From positions 327,484,001-327,548,000 of the forward strand of contig OZ024741.1 in NCBI GenBank assembly GCA_964016885.1: a stretch of DNA of 64,000 nucleotides. Reading direction: 5' to 3'. The position numbers were made by a program, and so were the translations under genes. Source of the stretch: Eledone cirrhosa. Taxonomy: Eukaryota. Positions 14,441 through 28,050 of the stretch are shown here, one piece after another. The notes under the pieces were generated by a model, which saw nothing but the letters and a program-made list of their open reading frames with translations, was not told where the DNA came from and searched no databases. Position 1 is the stretch's first letter. Each line of letters starts with the position of its first letter.

Positions 14441-15005
14441 TGGTGGGGTGTTGGTTGTGATGGCGTTGTTGGTGGTTATGGTTATGATGGCGTTGTTGGT
14501 GGCAGTTGTACTGTCGGTAGTGGCGTCTATAGTGCTATTTGTAGTGATCATATCACTGAGTTAGTTGTCACAACTACGTTACGTTGTAATGTGAACAGAA
14601 AGTTTTCCAGTTGGTCCTTCCTGACGTATTATGAAATCATTCCAAATCGCCCATCGTTCAGACCACGCTCCTCCACATATCATTGATTGAACTGTCTGAT
14701 AACCTTTCAATTATAGAGTTTTTCTTCCAATAAACATTTAATCTATTTCGAAAATGGAAAGTGCAAGTGAACGTAAACTATCAGAAATATAGATCTAGCT
14801 ATACAAGATGTCGTGTGCGGTGGCTTTACCAATCTAATTCGGGATTTGCTCTTACATCTGTCAAAGAAAATATCTACTTATCTACCTCAAGTAAAACCTG
14901 AAAACAGAGTCTCATACGCATAAACAAACATATACAGAATTGCACACACAGACTAGCACACACACACACAAACTCACGCGCGCGCTTATATATATATATA
15001 TATAC

Positions 15006-15141
<136 letters not shown>

Positions 15142-15249
15142 GCACTAACATAGAGTGATTCATAACAGTAGCGTATACTGAAAGAATAATATACAATATG
15201 TTTGTTTGTTTTGTGCGTATAGATGTCTCCCTAAGATTATATATATATA

Positions 15250-15736
15250 TTCATTAGTTAAGCAAAACAAGACCACAAATTTCACAAGGAAGACATTATT
15301 AAAAGACTGTCAACATATTTTAGTTTGATGTAAGGATTGTAGAGAATAATGATAATAATATTAATAATAACAATGTCCGTTTACAATTGTTTCGCTACTC
15401 CATATAATGTTTCTGGATGAAATGATTATAGATCATTATTGATCTGGTTCAGTTGAAAATAATTAACTTAGGTAAAAATAGAGCAGCACATCGGAACTTC
15501 AAAAATAATATAAATTAAAATAAGGAAAGAATGTTACATGAATGTAATGTTCCATATATTGCTATTTCACTATGGTGTCCTGGGTGTATCTATTATCTGC
15601 CATAGTCGAGCAGTATTCTTCTGTCGAGGCTGCATTGTGTGAGATCTGACTTTACGCTTTGGCTTGTAACCAATTCACCAATCTCTCTTATCCTCTCCTA
15701 TCTCCATCTCTCTCTTTAAGATTGTTTACTTTTGAA

Positions 15737-15740
<4 letters not shown>
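15250..15740 (-). mobile_element. Non-autonomous HHR-bearing element (family C) in (TA)n
   Basis: Colinear with 59135-59527 plus 61933-62033; carries an HHR; flanked by (TA)n. Confidence 0.75.
15379..15497 (-). ncRNA. Hammerhead ribozyme, U4C core, long stem II (A9 mutated in this copy)
   Basis: gtt CCGATGT gctgctc...gagtagc GAAA caattg TA aac; palindromic stem III ACAATTGT. Confidence 0.6.
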
Positions 15741-15811
<71 letters not shown>

Positions 15812-15813
<2 letters not shown>

Positions 15814-16548
15814 ACCTGGACATTATTTTTCCAATTTGTAGAAAAGTTATAATGAAACGATCGTTTGGAAAGAGAGATGTATTTTAATTATGTCTCATAT
15901 AAAATAATACAACTGGCTATCCGCAAAATAGGTATAGTTAGCACCCCAATTGGGATTATACTGAGGTATATCCTAATGTTTGTTGAGTGAGACGGAAGCC
16001 GGTCGGAGTATTGCTTAAAGCTTTCTCTGTTAATGTATTAAATATTATATTCTTGATTTGGCCAGGGATGAATATTTCCAGATACTTTTTAGGTATGACT
16101 TTCCGTATTTATTCTTAGTATGAAATATTGATTGTTCTTCCGGTATCTTATCTCTGTTTTTAGCCTAAGAAAATACCTATATGCGTGTATAAATAATACA
16201 TGCATATATTTATTTTTTTATATCCAATTGAGTTCTTCACGCATGGTTTAAATTATTGAAAGAATTAATTGACCCGCGTGCATATTATTTTATTTTTTAT
16301 GTTTTGCGATGACCTCCCCTTTCCGCTTGATGGAAGTGTGAGATTTCTCATTGTGAGACTGCTGGAATTTCAAATTTGGCGGTCATTCTAGCACGGAAGG
16401 GGTACCATCGCCTAACATTAATATCGGTAAGGGTTTTTTATCGATATTTGTCGACATCCACTGATGATTTATAAGTGCCCACCTACATATATTCCTAAGG
16501 ACTATGTGTAGGCTTCTACATATCCTGGACATTATTTTCCCAATTTGT
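15812..16548 (+). mobile_element. Partial-tandem non-coding element with 25-bp terminal direct repeat and a broken HHR
   Basis: cctggacattatttt(t/c)ccaatttgt at about 15815 and 16524; tcca CTGATGA (16461)...hairpin...tgga, but GAAA is missing. Confidence 0.4.
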
Positions 16549-16684
16549 GTGTTTGCGTGTGTGGTGTGCATTTGTGTGTTATTATACATCCGTACGAAGC
16601 TATAAACAAAAGGGAAAAGTGGAGTGTGCGTATTTTGTTGGTCTGTATTAGCTGTAAGAGTATATTTTCTGACAAATATATATA

Positions 16685-17035
16685 TATTTCAGAGCTCCAA
16701 CACAAGTTTCTAATTGTTACTGTGTCGGCAACTGCTCTGTGTGTTGATGAAATTAGATAGCTCATACAGATAATTCGTATTCTATAAGGATACAGCTTCT
16801 ATAGCTCACAGCATAAACTAACAAGGGTATATAGCCTGATAAGCACTAAACACCGAGAAACGCCTCAGTTATTTCCCTTTGTTTTTACTGAAGCTAGGTA
16901 TGTGGCTATAGTCACTACCGTAAGTTCATAGCGAAAGGGCGCTTAACATCTTTTAAAATAAACATACAGTATATTATTAAATATGCTATACGTACATTCA
17001 TATATACATTCGCTATCTCAGAGCTTCAACACAAA
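16685..17035 (-). mobile_element. Small partial-tandem repeat element; its ~75-bp terminal unit recurs alone at about 23932-24008, 25544-25620, 27030-27108 (opposite strand) and 27441-27520
   Basis: Unit aaacatacagtatattattaaatatgc..cgtacattcatatatacattcgctat.tcagagct.caacacaa, always embedded in (TA)n. Confidence 0.65.
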
Positions 17036-17149
17036 TATATATATATATATATATAAATATTATATATATATAATTATAATTATGTATACGTACATACATA
17101 TATGTGTACAGACGAACTGTAGTATGTATATATATACATACATGCACAC

Positions 17150-17223
<74 letters not shown>

Positions 17224-17342
17224 TATGGGTTTACCGAACATTTATTATAATGTTTGGTTTGTTTGTAAACAAATAGCCCGAATTACGCCGTAGAGTGCTC
17301 GGCAACCATCGTCGCCCTTTTGTTCAACACTGACACAGGAAG

Positions 17343-17382
17343 GATGTACTAGTTTCAAGCTTATTAGCTATCGTCAGCATCG
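17343..17382 (-). ncRNA. Minimal type I hammerhead ribozyme, canonical core
   Basis: gatg CTGACGA t-agct-aata-agct-t GAAA ctag TA catc; stem III palindrome ACTAGT. Confidence 0.85.
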
Positions 17383-17771
17383 TATACCTTTCTGTCAGAT
17401 GATTGAACGTTTGAAAGTATATACTTTCCTTATGCATATTAACAGCTGAGCAACCTAATTTGCATATCGAGTTAGTTAGTCGGCCGGGCATACCGAAAAC
17501 GATAAATGGAAAAGAATGAAACGAAATTTCATATCTCAATGTTAGTACGGCTGATACCTAAATATAAGTATGTATACGTACATAAATATATGTGTACAGA
17601 CGCACAGTAGTATGTATATATATACATACATGCACACATATATATACGTATGGGTTTACCGAACATTTATTATAATATAATTTTCGGTTTGTTTGTAAAC
17701 AAACAGACCGAATTACACCGTACAGTGCTCGGCAACCATCGTCGCCCTTTTGTTCAACACTGGCACAGGAA

Positions 17772-17812
17772 CGATGTACTAGTTACAAGCTTATTAGCTA
17801 TTGTCAGCATCG
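17772..17812 (-). ncRNA. Minimal hammerhead ribozyme, mutated core
   Basis: Same as 17343 but CTGACAA and GTAA. Confidence 0.65.
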
Positions 17813-17972
17813 TATACATTTCTGTCAGATGATTGAACGACTTTTTCATTTATCGTTTTCGGTGCGCCCGGCCGACTAACTCACTCGATATGCAAATTAG
17901 GCTGCTCAGCCGTTAATATGCATAAGGAAAGTATATACTTTCAGAAGTTCAATCATCTGACAGAAAGGTATA

Positions 17973-18013
17973 CGATGCTGACGATAGCTAATAAGCTTGA
18001 AACTAGTACATCA
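17973..18013 (+). ncRNA. Minimal type I hammerhead ribozyme, canonical core
   Basis: cgatg CTGACGA tagctaataagctt GAAA ctag TA catc (core at 17978). Confidence 0.85.
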
Positions 18014-18338
18014 TTCATGGGTCAGTGTTGAAAAAAAGGGCGACGATGGTTGCCGAGCACTGTACGGCGTAATTCGGGCTGTTTGTTAAGCAAACAAGCC
18101 GAACATTATAATAAATGTTCGGTAAACCCATACGTACATATATGTGTGTATGTATGTATATGTATACATACTTCTTTGCGTCTGTACACATATATGCATG
18201 TACGTATACATACTTATATTTAGGTATCAGCCGTACTAAGAGTGAGAAATGAAATTTCGTTACATTCCTTTCCATTTCTATATATATACATATATATATA
18301 TAGATTACAGTAATCAAAGTTCACTTTAAGTCATTTAT

Positions 18339-18387
18339 TTGCTTACAATTGTTTCCTCCAAACCGAGGTTTGGATTCTTCGGAGCAA
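18339..18387 (-). ncRNA. Hammerhead ribozyme in pLTR, U4C core
   Basis: ttgct CCGAAGA a-tccaaacc-tc-ggtttgga-g GAAA caattg TA agcaa. Confidence 0.8.
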
Positions 18388-19917
18388 CTATTTACTGATC
18401 TATAACATACTTGACCTCCTTTTCAACCCAAGAGACACATAAAACATATGCGCATATTGATCAACAGTGGGGTGACATTCATCAAATGATATAGCATGGC
18501 AATTAACATATAAAGGTTACAGGATAAAAATAAAATAAAAACAAGAGTGAAAATAAAGATAAACATGAAGCGTTGGCAGTCTATGAAGATAAAGCCAGAG
18601 GAAAGCTTAGAGTAGTCAGTGTATGAAACAATCTCCCGTGTAGCATGCACGCGTGTCTTATTTATACATGATTAGAGTGCGTCAGAATGATATTTGCAGG
18701 GTCAGGCAGTTGAAGCAGGCAATCGATCTTATTATGTAGGCTGAATTATTAAGTCATTTATTCTCATACATCTGTATGATATACAGTCTCGGATGCGGGG
18801 AAACACCAAAATATCAAAAACTTTCAACATACTATAAACCTTATTGTATCGTAGGCAAGGCCGTACCACTGTCCTTGCTCACACCACCACTCACATAATC
18901 CATGAGACGCAATATATATAGAGAACACGCGTCTATCGTATAATTCGCGGTGGTTCAGCATATAGTCAAGCTATAAACCGTATCCAGTCGGTTCTTAATT
19001 AATATATCATGCTGTCCAGATTCCGGAAGTGCCTGAATGACTAAGGGGAATTAATGCGTAAGGGGAGGTAACTAGCTAGTTATCTTAGTTACATTACTAT
19101 CCTAAACTACATTAATGGTGATTCAAATACGTGCCTATCATGTGAAGTTATAACTAATATCTAGAGTATGTTACCCATTTATAGGTTAGAGAGTTGTCCA
19201 TTAAGAAGTACAAGGGTGTATATATTAGGATGATTACCATCCATTAATTAAGGGGTGTCATATCTGAACGTTCTATAAGAGGAGTCAGACTCTCAAGTCA
19301 CTGCTCCATGCAAATGTAATATAACAGTAGGACCTGGTATGGTCCCACTATTATATATGCCACCCGGTAGGCTCCGGGTCATTGCATGCCTGCATCTCCA
19401 GTAAATCTTCGGTATGGTCTGGGGATCCAATCTCTCGTATATATGCACTAGTCTGGCCATCAAGCAATAGACAACCCCCGTCTCAAATATAAATCAATTA
19501 TGTATCACATCTACAAGCTAGAGTGGAGTCTATTAATAGGTACTAAAGGTGTTCACATCAAGATGATTACGTGCATAATTCATTGGACTGATCGCTTACA
19601 GTATATATTCACATAACAATACGATTATCTATCTAATCATCAATCTGTCTCTTGGTGGTAATCCATGCACAGGACTATGCTATCGCAACCAGTACCGTGT
19701 CGCCAATTTATACTACTCTTATATTTGTGCAATGCAGAATAAGTAGTCCACGGTCGAGATATCAGTATTAGAGGTACAAGGGGGTATTCCCAGGGTAGGT
19801 GGTACTAAAATGCTGTCAGTATTATCTTTAGAGTATAGAGATGGGTGTGGATGTGAGGTGTAAGGTGTGCTACTGATGTTAATTGCTAGGGGTGGTGCCG
19901 GTTCCAGTCTGACATTA

Positions 19918-22399
19918 TTATATATAGGGTTTAAAGTTTTGGAACGAGTGTCGGAAGCGGTGTTGGCAATTTGCGAACACTTCTGATTTTTTATTAAGGA
20001 GATTATGTTTAGAGAAGATGATAGTATGGGTCTCTAGTAGACAGAGGTTACACAATTTATCAGGTGGTTTGTACGATGTTGCACTACCTACCACTTCCCA
20101 TTTAAGTGTATATATTTTATTTTTAGTTTTTAGATAGTGTATGTAGCTAGATATTGAAGTGGAGTTGGCTAGACTGTGTTTTTTGAAAGAGTGGAGGTGC
20201 GAATTGTATCTAGTTTTGAAACAGTTAGAAGTGGAGCCTATGTAGGTTTCAGAAGAGCTGTTAGTTGTGACTGTATATGAGTATATGATATCCTTGGTTA
20301 AGCATTTTTTATCTAAAGGGCAGGTTCTACTTGATCTACAGTTACAATTACTCTGGGTGCTAGTCTGCCGGTTACTATGCTGTGCAGAAGTTTGGATGTT
20401 AGCTATAGGGTTATGGTTATGCGGGTTGTGGTACGCAGCGTTAATGTTTACACTAGTGCTATTACTATTATTTCCATTGATATTACGGTTATTTGTTATA
20501 ATGATACTTTGACTGTTATTTTGAATGTTATTTTGAAGGTTTATCGACCGTTGTGATTTAGTTTGTTGGAGGTAAGAATTAATTTTTCTTTTATTTGTAC
20601 TAGCTATGTGGTATGCTAAGTTAGGCGTAGTAGAGTATGAGATCTTAATAGTGTTTTTGTTTAAAAGGCCGTGGTACCTGTGGCCGGATGGGAAGTGTTT
20701 ATCTAGTAGTGAGAAGAAAGCCCTAGGAAGGTTGGTAGAGACGTTTAATTGAATGGAGGGTTGAAAAATGTATTATTTCTTCTTCTATTTCTGTTTTTTA
20801 TGTCTGGTGGTTTGTTTCCTTTAATGTTCCTATGGTCATTTCTGTGGTGCGGGTTACTCTTGTTGTTACAATCCCTATTAGTGTGTGTGCAGTTGCTATT
20901 CCTATTATTAAATTTTCCCATGGACATGTTGTGTGAAATGATGTTGTAGCTATGTGTTTTTGTAGGTAGGAACTCTATCCCTGTATTATGGCCTGATCTA
21001 GCTAATGCCTGATTATAATACTGCGAGTTATTGTTAAATGTGTTTATGTCATAGGATAGATTAGAGATTCTATTAGATACTCCCTTAGAGATAGAGTTCA
21101 ATATAGATTTAGGGTGGTTAGACTTGGTATCTACGTAGATGAGTTTTTCATTAGGTTTGTGGAAAGGTGCATATATCATTGAGTCTAAGTAGAGTGTGGC
21201 GTCTAGGAAGTTGACGTTTTTGGTGTGTTTGTCCATGGTAATACTAAGGTTAAAGTTTTTGAATGTTTTGTGCAATAGTTTTCTAGTCCTTTCTATATTG
21301 AGTTTTTTATAGTCTATAAGTAGAAGTGCATCGTCGCTATACAAACCACCGCTGAGGTACGGAAGTTCCCTGTGGATTAGGTTAAGTAAGTATAGGCCAA
21401 CCAAATCAGTGACCTGCGCCGAGTCACCAGACCCCATAGTAATGTCGAAGTTGTTTTGCGTATCTTTGCGGGTCCCTAATTGGTCCTCAAAGGTGATTAT
21501 TGTTTTACGGGCCGCAAGTATGACATCAATCTGGGGTCTAGTCAAGTCACTATTGTCCATGGCCATTATAAGTGCCGTATTTAGTAGGATAGGGGAAATA
21601 GAGGTGTAGTAAGAGTTGATATCAAATTGAATACATTTTTTATCCTTGTTATCTATGATATTTTTGAACCATTCAATCACTTCACCCGTATTTCCCCATT
21701 GCTTAAGGTAAATCTTGTGTTTAATCTGTGGGATGACTTTGTCTAGGATTTTTTTACTGATAATGCCAATGTCAGACCTGGAGGGGCAGATTAGTCTAAT
21801 CGAGGGGTTGCTAATGAAGTCTACCTTATGGTCCTTCAGAGAGAATCTAGGGGGGTTTGGGGTGTAATTTGTGTATGTCTCTGGAGCCCTAGTTTGGATA
21901 CTATATTATAGCCTTCCATATTAATATCTTCTAAGCTTTTCATAGTGGTTTTCTTGTAGCTTTTATGTAGTTAATTATATATAAACTTTCTATACGTATT
22001 ATAATCTAGGATGTATATGTTATTAGTTTTGTCGGCATGTACAAAAATCTTACTACTAGTTTTGAAGTCATTAATAGAGGTGCTAAGTTTGTTTAAGAAG
22101 ATGTTGTTTTTATTATGGTGTTTTTTGTATTTAATGTTTTTAACTAGTTTAATTAGGTCGTTTTCGAAGAGGTTTAGTATTGTGTTATGAGGGGGGCTTG
22201 TAAATGTTTTAAAGCCGAAGGAGTCAAATTTGTTGGTGTTATTATCCTTGCCAGATTTGTTTCTATCATAATGGAATGTCCTCCATCTCACTCTATTGAT
22301 AAAGGAGTTTACACTGTTGATCAACAACTTTTCATATGTACTTTTGGTTGGTAAAGGTATGTTCTTGGTTGACATAGGGAGTTGGTCTTTGATCAGCAT
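19918..22399 (-). pseudogene. PLE RT + GIY-YIG endonuclease ORF, disrupted (TAA at 21971, frameshifts near 21880 and 20745)
   Basis: STKNIP..RVRWR, ADKTNN, IQFDINSYY, FDITMGS.DSA, GGLYSDD, NFLD, CNCRSSRTCPLDKKC, IIYSY..TYIGSTS, C.LC, CQHR. Confidence 0.92.
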
Positions 22400-22498
22400 G
22401 CTGGTAATTTATGGTATATCAGCTCAACAAAATGGAGCAGTTATTAGTATTAAGGGTACTATTTATGGTTATGTATGCAATAAAACCTTTAATGGTAA

Positions 22499-23308
22499 TC
22501 TATATATATACAACTGTGGTTGTCTGTCTATCGATTTTTGGCACACATCTCCTCTTAGAATCTCTGACGGAATTGCACCGAAATTGCTATACTTGTACAT
22601 TGAGCCCTAGCGAAGACATCGGAAAAAAATATTTCAAATTGACCCACCCTATGTGACGAAATCGAATATAATGTATCGATTTTTGAGCGTAAGTTATCAG
22701 TTATTTCCCTTTGTTCTGTTTACATTGAGCGTCTTACGTAAAAAATTACGCTGGCTCTCCCAGCGTTTAAAATGACATTAACACAATACACGAACAGTTG
22801 TCGAGCCAGCAGAATATTGACCTGCAAAATTCATCAGTTCGAACACTAAGCTTCCGTGTTGCTTCATTTCCATTTAAAAGCATTTTAAAACAATATTTTT
22901 ACTTGAAAACAAGTCTATTTAAAGACTACGTAAAACAAGCAAATATTTCAGGTGTGCAGACAGACAGTCGTGCAGAGAGGTGATATAGGCGTACAGACAG
23001 ACATAACTGATAATTTGGTTACGCTAATGTTTTTCTCTGCGTTGCAGTGTTTACATTTTCGATCTTTGTTAATAAATAACCAGTGCAGTTTTTATTCCCA
23101 GCATCCTCTTTTGTTATAACATTCGGGTTATCGTTATGTTTTCTTAACTTCATAAGGCATATTGTTGGTTGAGGGAATATTAATCAAAAACACCACATGC
23201 AAGTCTGCACAGTAGACATTACAGTTTTTAAGCCAAAAAAGAAACTTAACATTGTAACTTTAACACAGCTACTGAGCGACCCCGAGCAACGCCGGGCTTT
23301 ACTGCTAG
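22499..23308 (+). mobile_element. Non-autonomous Helitron (810 bp)
   Basis: Starts TC, ends CTAG, GC hairpin cccg(a)gc-aac-gccggg at 23281-23296; inserted between A and T with no TSD; empty site aatggtaa|tatattata visible in the inverted copy at about 23802-23820. Confidence 0.92.
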
Positions 23309-23462
23309 TATATTATATATACAAACCCTAAATAATGAGAGATAGTCATTAATTACTATCCTATTACCAGTAAGATAAATAGCTCAATGTAATAATATCA
23401 GTTGTTTTACAGAGCAGTTATATAGAGATTACAGTAATCAAAGTTCAGTTTAAGTCATTTAT

Positions 23463-23511
23463 TTGCTTACAATTGTTTCCTCCAAACCGAGGTTTGGATT
23501 CTTCGGAGCAA
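23463..23511 (-). ncRNA. Hammerhead ribozyme in upstream pLTR, U4C core
   Basis: Identical to 18339-18387. Confidence 0.8.
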
Positions 23512-23859
23512 CTATTTACTGATCTATAACATACTTGACCTCCTTTTCAACCCAAGAGACACATAAAACATATGCGCATATTGATCAACAGTGGGGTGAC
23601 ATTCATCAAATGATATAGCATGGCAATTTACATATAAAGGAAACAATTGTAAGCAAATAAATGACTTAAACTGAACTTTGATTACTGTAATCTCTATATA
23701 ACTGCTCTGTAAAACAACTGATGTTATTACATTGAGCTATTTATCTTACTGGTAATAGGATAGTAATTAATGACTATCTCTCACTATTTAGGGTTTGTAT
23801 ATATAATATATTACCATTAAAGGTTTTATTGCATACATAACCATAAATAGTACACTTAA

Positions 23860-23916
<57 letters not shown>

Positions 23917-24244
23917 TATATAGATATATATGAACATACAGTATATTATTAAATATGCAAAACGTACATTCATATATACATTCGCTATCTCTGAGCTCCA
24001 ACACAAATATATGTATATATATATATATATATATTGGTAAACGGAAAAGAAAATGCTGACAAATTGTTCCCAGTCAAAAATAGTTTAATTAGGAATAAGT
24101 AAAAATTAGTAATATGTATTGGTTAGTATTCAGTTTTAGTTTTAAGTTTTTACCGGTTGGGCATTTCTAATGCTTTTCAAAAATAATTTTGAGATACAGC
24201 GCCCGTGATGTTTTCTCTAACCTGTATATATATATATATATATA

Positions 24245-24342
<98 letters not shown>

Positions 24343-24347
24343 TATAA

Positions 24348-24379
<32 letters not shown>

Positions 24380-24382
<3 letters not shown>

Positions 24383-25424
24383 AAAGTTTTATTTAAAATT
24401 GTCGGGTTACAACGAGTAAATATTTTATAACTGATATAAAAGCACTCAACAAGTTTTGGAGTAGATTTACGATATTAAACAAATGGAAACTATATTTATA
24501 AAACCATATTTATTTCATTATATATATTTCAGGGATATCATATTAAAAATATGGTATGCCTTCCTCAGACAAAATACAATATATAAACCGTTTTATAAAT
24601 AAATTTGACATACATTAAACATTACAACTTCCATTTAAAAAGTTGATTTGGTAGTGAAAATGTTAAGGACAGTTAGAAAGAAAGACGAAGAGAAAAAAGA
24701 AGGAAAGTGTATAGTGCTAAGGACGAAGAGAAGAAGAAAGAAAGTGTATAGTGCTAAGGACAGTTAGAGAGGAAGACGAACAAGATGAAGAGATGTATGT
24801 AAAGAAAAAACAACAGAGCGAGATAGAGAGAGAAAGAGATATGGGAGAGAGAAATATATTGAGGAAGTGAAAAATGATAGGCAGCTTGGGCACAGATGAT
24901 CAACGTACAAATGAGAGATTAAGGAGGGAAGGGGGTACTGTAATTATTTATTTATTTATTTATTTAGTTATAGTGTTAAGGATACGGAGAGAAATAAAAA
25001 TAAAAATAAAAATAAATAAAGAGAGGTAGAGAGAGATATAGGTGGTGGGAGAAAAGAGGTAGATCGAGTAATATCTATCATACGAGGTGGGAGAGATACA
25101 GTTAAATCAGCCGATACATAAATCCCGTCAAGTGTAGAGGGAAGAGGAGAAGAAATAGATATATTCAGAAAGAAAGATGATAGATTTAAAATATTATGTT
25201 TCATCCATTTGAATTATCAATTCATATGAATTAGGTATTATAAATGGAAGTTTTTAAATGGAAGTTGTAATGTTTAAGGTATGTCAAATTTATTTATAAA
25301 ACGGTTTATATATTGTATTTTGTCTGAGGAAGGCATACCATATTTTTAATATGATATCCCTGAAATATATATAATGAAATAAATATGGTTTTATAAATAT
25401 AGTTTCCATTTGTTTAATATCGTA
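24380..25424. mobile_element. Non-coding fold-back element, probably a PLE 3' end
   Basis: 24468-24640 inverted at 25252-25424; purine-rich spacer with a short tandem duplication; bounded by (TA)n. Confidence 0.55.
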
Positions 25425-26979
25425 TATATATATATATGTATATATATATGTATATATATATGTATATATATATGTATATATATATATATATGTATATATA
25501 TATGTATATATATATATATACATACATATATATATATATATATAAACATACAGTATATTATTTCATATGCAATACGAACATTCATATATACATTCGCTAT
25601 TTCAGAGCTGCAACACAAATATATATATATATATATATATATAAATATATATATATAAATATATATATATGGAAAAGAATGAAACGAAATTTCATTTCTC
25701 ACTCTTAGTACGGCTGATACCTAAATATAAGTATGTATACGTACATATATATATGTGTACATATTATTTATTTTTTATCTTTGTATTTTTATCTTGGTAT
25801 CCCGCTTTTATTTATTTGTGATTTTCTGCTTATTATCACTTACTCAGGTCATTATACCCCATTCATAGCTCCCTACCCGCCAAAGAACCACACTAGCTAT
25901 AACCCGAACTAACTGGGACTTAAAATAATTATAGACTATTGCCACTTTTCATTGGGTTTTACCACTTTCAACTGATGTGGTAGATTTCACGGCTGTGTGC
26001 CGGGCGCTCGGAAAGTTCAGCCTTCCTTGAGTGCTTGGAAAAATAAATTTCCCCTCTTTCCGTAAACGAAACTACTCGGAGCAGCTCGATTTGCCCCGGG
26101 GCCCGCCGCACCGCCTGTTTTCACCGCCACATTATACTCATACCGATAAACTCTAGGCTAGGCATAACTGTTAGCTGTATCATGCCTCCCTCTGCTGGCA
26201 AGTAAATAAACCCCTCCTGTGTGAATTAATAGTATTCGTTTGGTATAGACAATGGCCTGTAGAAGCTGGTTGACTTCCAACTAACACACCCGAAGCCTAT
26301 GACAGTTCGTTCCTAGAGTACTCGGAAAAATTAATTTCCATTTATTGGGCTAGACGATACCCCTCGAAACTGGCTGACACGTGGTTAGGAGGCGCTGGCT
26401 GGGATTTACAATCGAAGGCTTTTATCTTTACTCTATATCCCACCTTGATAACTTATCGAGATTCCCTATAATGCACTTAAACTTTTTTATATAAGACTCT
26501 CTTTGTAATTTCATTAAATAAATCTCGCAACACAAACCTTTAATTTTCAAATAATTTTCTAATAATTTAATTTCATCCCATAACTCTTAACATAAGATAA
26601 CGTTCCAATTTTCTCTTCAGACATATGCCATACAGACACCCACATGTATGCCTTTGTTAAAATATGGACTCTTTGAAATAACGTTTTTCGCGCTGTCTTC
26701 TAGCATGTCTGTAGTGTGACCCTTACGCTGAATTTTCTTCTTTCTTTCATTCTTTCTTTTTTTATTCTCTGACCAGATGGTCATTAGTAGACCGAGTTGA
26801 AAGCAGCTAGTTGGTCAGTCGTCCTCTCTGCCTCTGATTTTCGGAGCCATGGATTTTATATATTCCTTTGTTATATTTCGAATACCTGATGATATCACCG
26901 GATTCATACGGAACCCGGTCATTGAGATGATCATTGTATGATAAACTTTTCACGGATTTACACCAGTCCAGCCTCCTAT

Positions 26980-27034
<55 letters not shown>

Positions 27035-27102
27035 CGTTGAAGCTTTGAGATAGCGAATGTATATATGAATGTACGTATTGCATATTTAATAATATACTGT
27101 AG

Positions 27103-27219
<117 letters not shown>

Positions 27220-27380
27220 ATTATAAAAATAACAGATTAAAGAAGATCCCGTTAAGGATGAAAGCAGCGATTCTTTGCTTAAAATTTAATCTGTTATTTT
27301 AATAAATATTTGCTCTACGGTTCTTATATATTTGATATATATTTATCCTTATCGAACCCTCTTTGGATTTTAGTCTTCAA

Positions 27381-27444
<64 letters not shown>

Positions 27445-27588
27445 ATACAGTATATATTTAAATATGCAACACGTACATTCATATATATATACATTCGCTA
27501 TCTCAGATCTTCAACACAAATGTATTTATATATATATATGTTGATAGCAGCGATTCTTTGCTTAAACTTTAATCTGTTATTTTAATAA

Positions 27589-27628
<40 letters not shown>

Positions 27629-27934
27629 ATATACATACATACATACGTATATACATACATACATACAAACATACATACGTGAGATACTTGACATATGATG
27701 TTATATAAATGGTGTCAGCGAATATTCACTATATATAAGATAAATACTATCTCTGATAGTAATGCCACGAATAGAGTCTTGTTAAATAACAATATTTTTC
27801 AGATATTATTCATTGAAGACTCCTTTTATTCGAAATCGAAAAGATATCGGTTTAAAAATTGAATTTAACTTACAACAGAGCAACGTTTGTTAAACGTCAA
27901 AATATATACATTATACAAAACAATAATGATTTCT

Positions 27935-28050
27935 GATTCAGGCACAAGGCCAACAATGTTGGGAGGTGAGGAAATTCGATTAAATTGACTCCCGGTACAT
28001 TACTGGTGCTTTATTTATCGACGCCGTAACGATGAAATGCAAATCTAACC
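27935..28050 (-). mobile_element. tRNA-derived SINE, partial
   Basis: ggcacaaggcca...tactggtgc.ttatttatcgac.ccgtaa.gatgaaa = reverse complement of the SINE body. Confidence 0.7.

Larger units (their letters stand above)
17080..18277 (-). mobile_element. Non-autonomous retrozyme-like HHR element (family A): about 1.8 tandem 430-bp units plus an inverted unit
   Basis: Direct repeat 17080-17410 vs about 17570-17840; 17846-18277 is the reverse complement; HHR in every unit; further copies at 25670-25760 and 52387-52708. Confidence 0.85.
18302..23863 (-). mobile_element. Full-length decayed Penelope-like element (family B, Naiad-like) with direct pLTRs and an inverted 5' copy
   Basis: Direct repeats 18302-18517 and 23426-23640; ORF remnant 19918-22399; 23638-23863 is an inverted copy of the pLTR end plus 5'UTR; interrupted by a Helitron. 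Confidence 0.92.

Noticed and set aside
24145-24585. HHR from CTGAGGA aggcat (minus) to atgcc.AACCGGTA
   Set aside because: Would need a ~400-nt stem II spanning a (TA)n tract and lacks GAAA
26878-26925. HHR at CTGATGA...GGAACCCGGTC
   Set aside because: GAAA absent and stem I does not pair; at best a decayed remnant at the end of the 25760-26980 non-coding element
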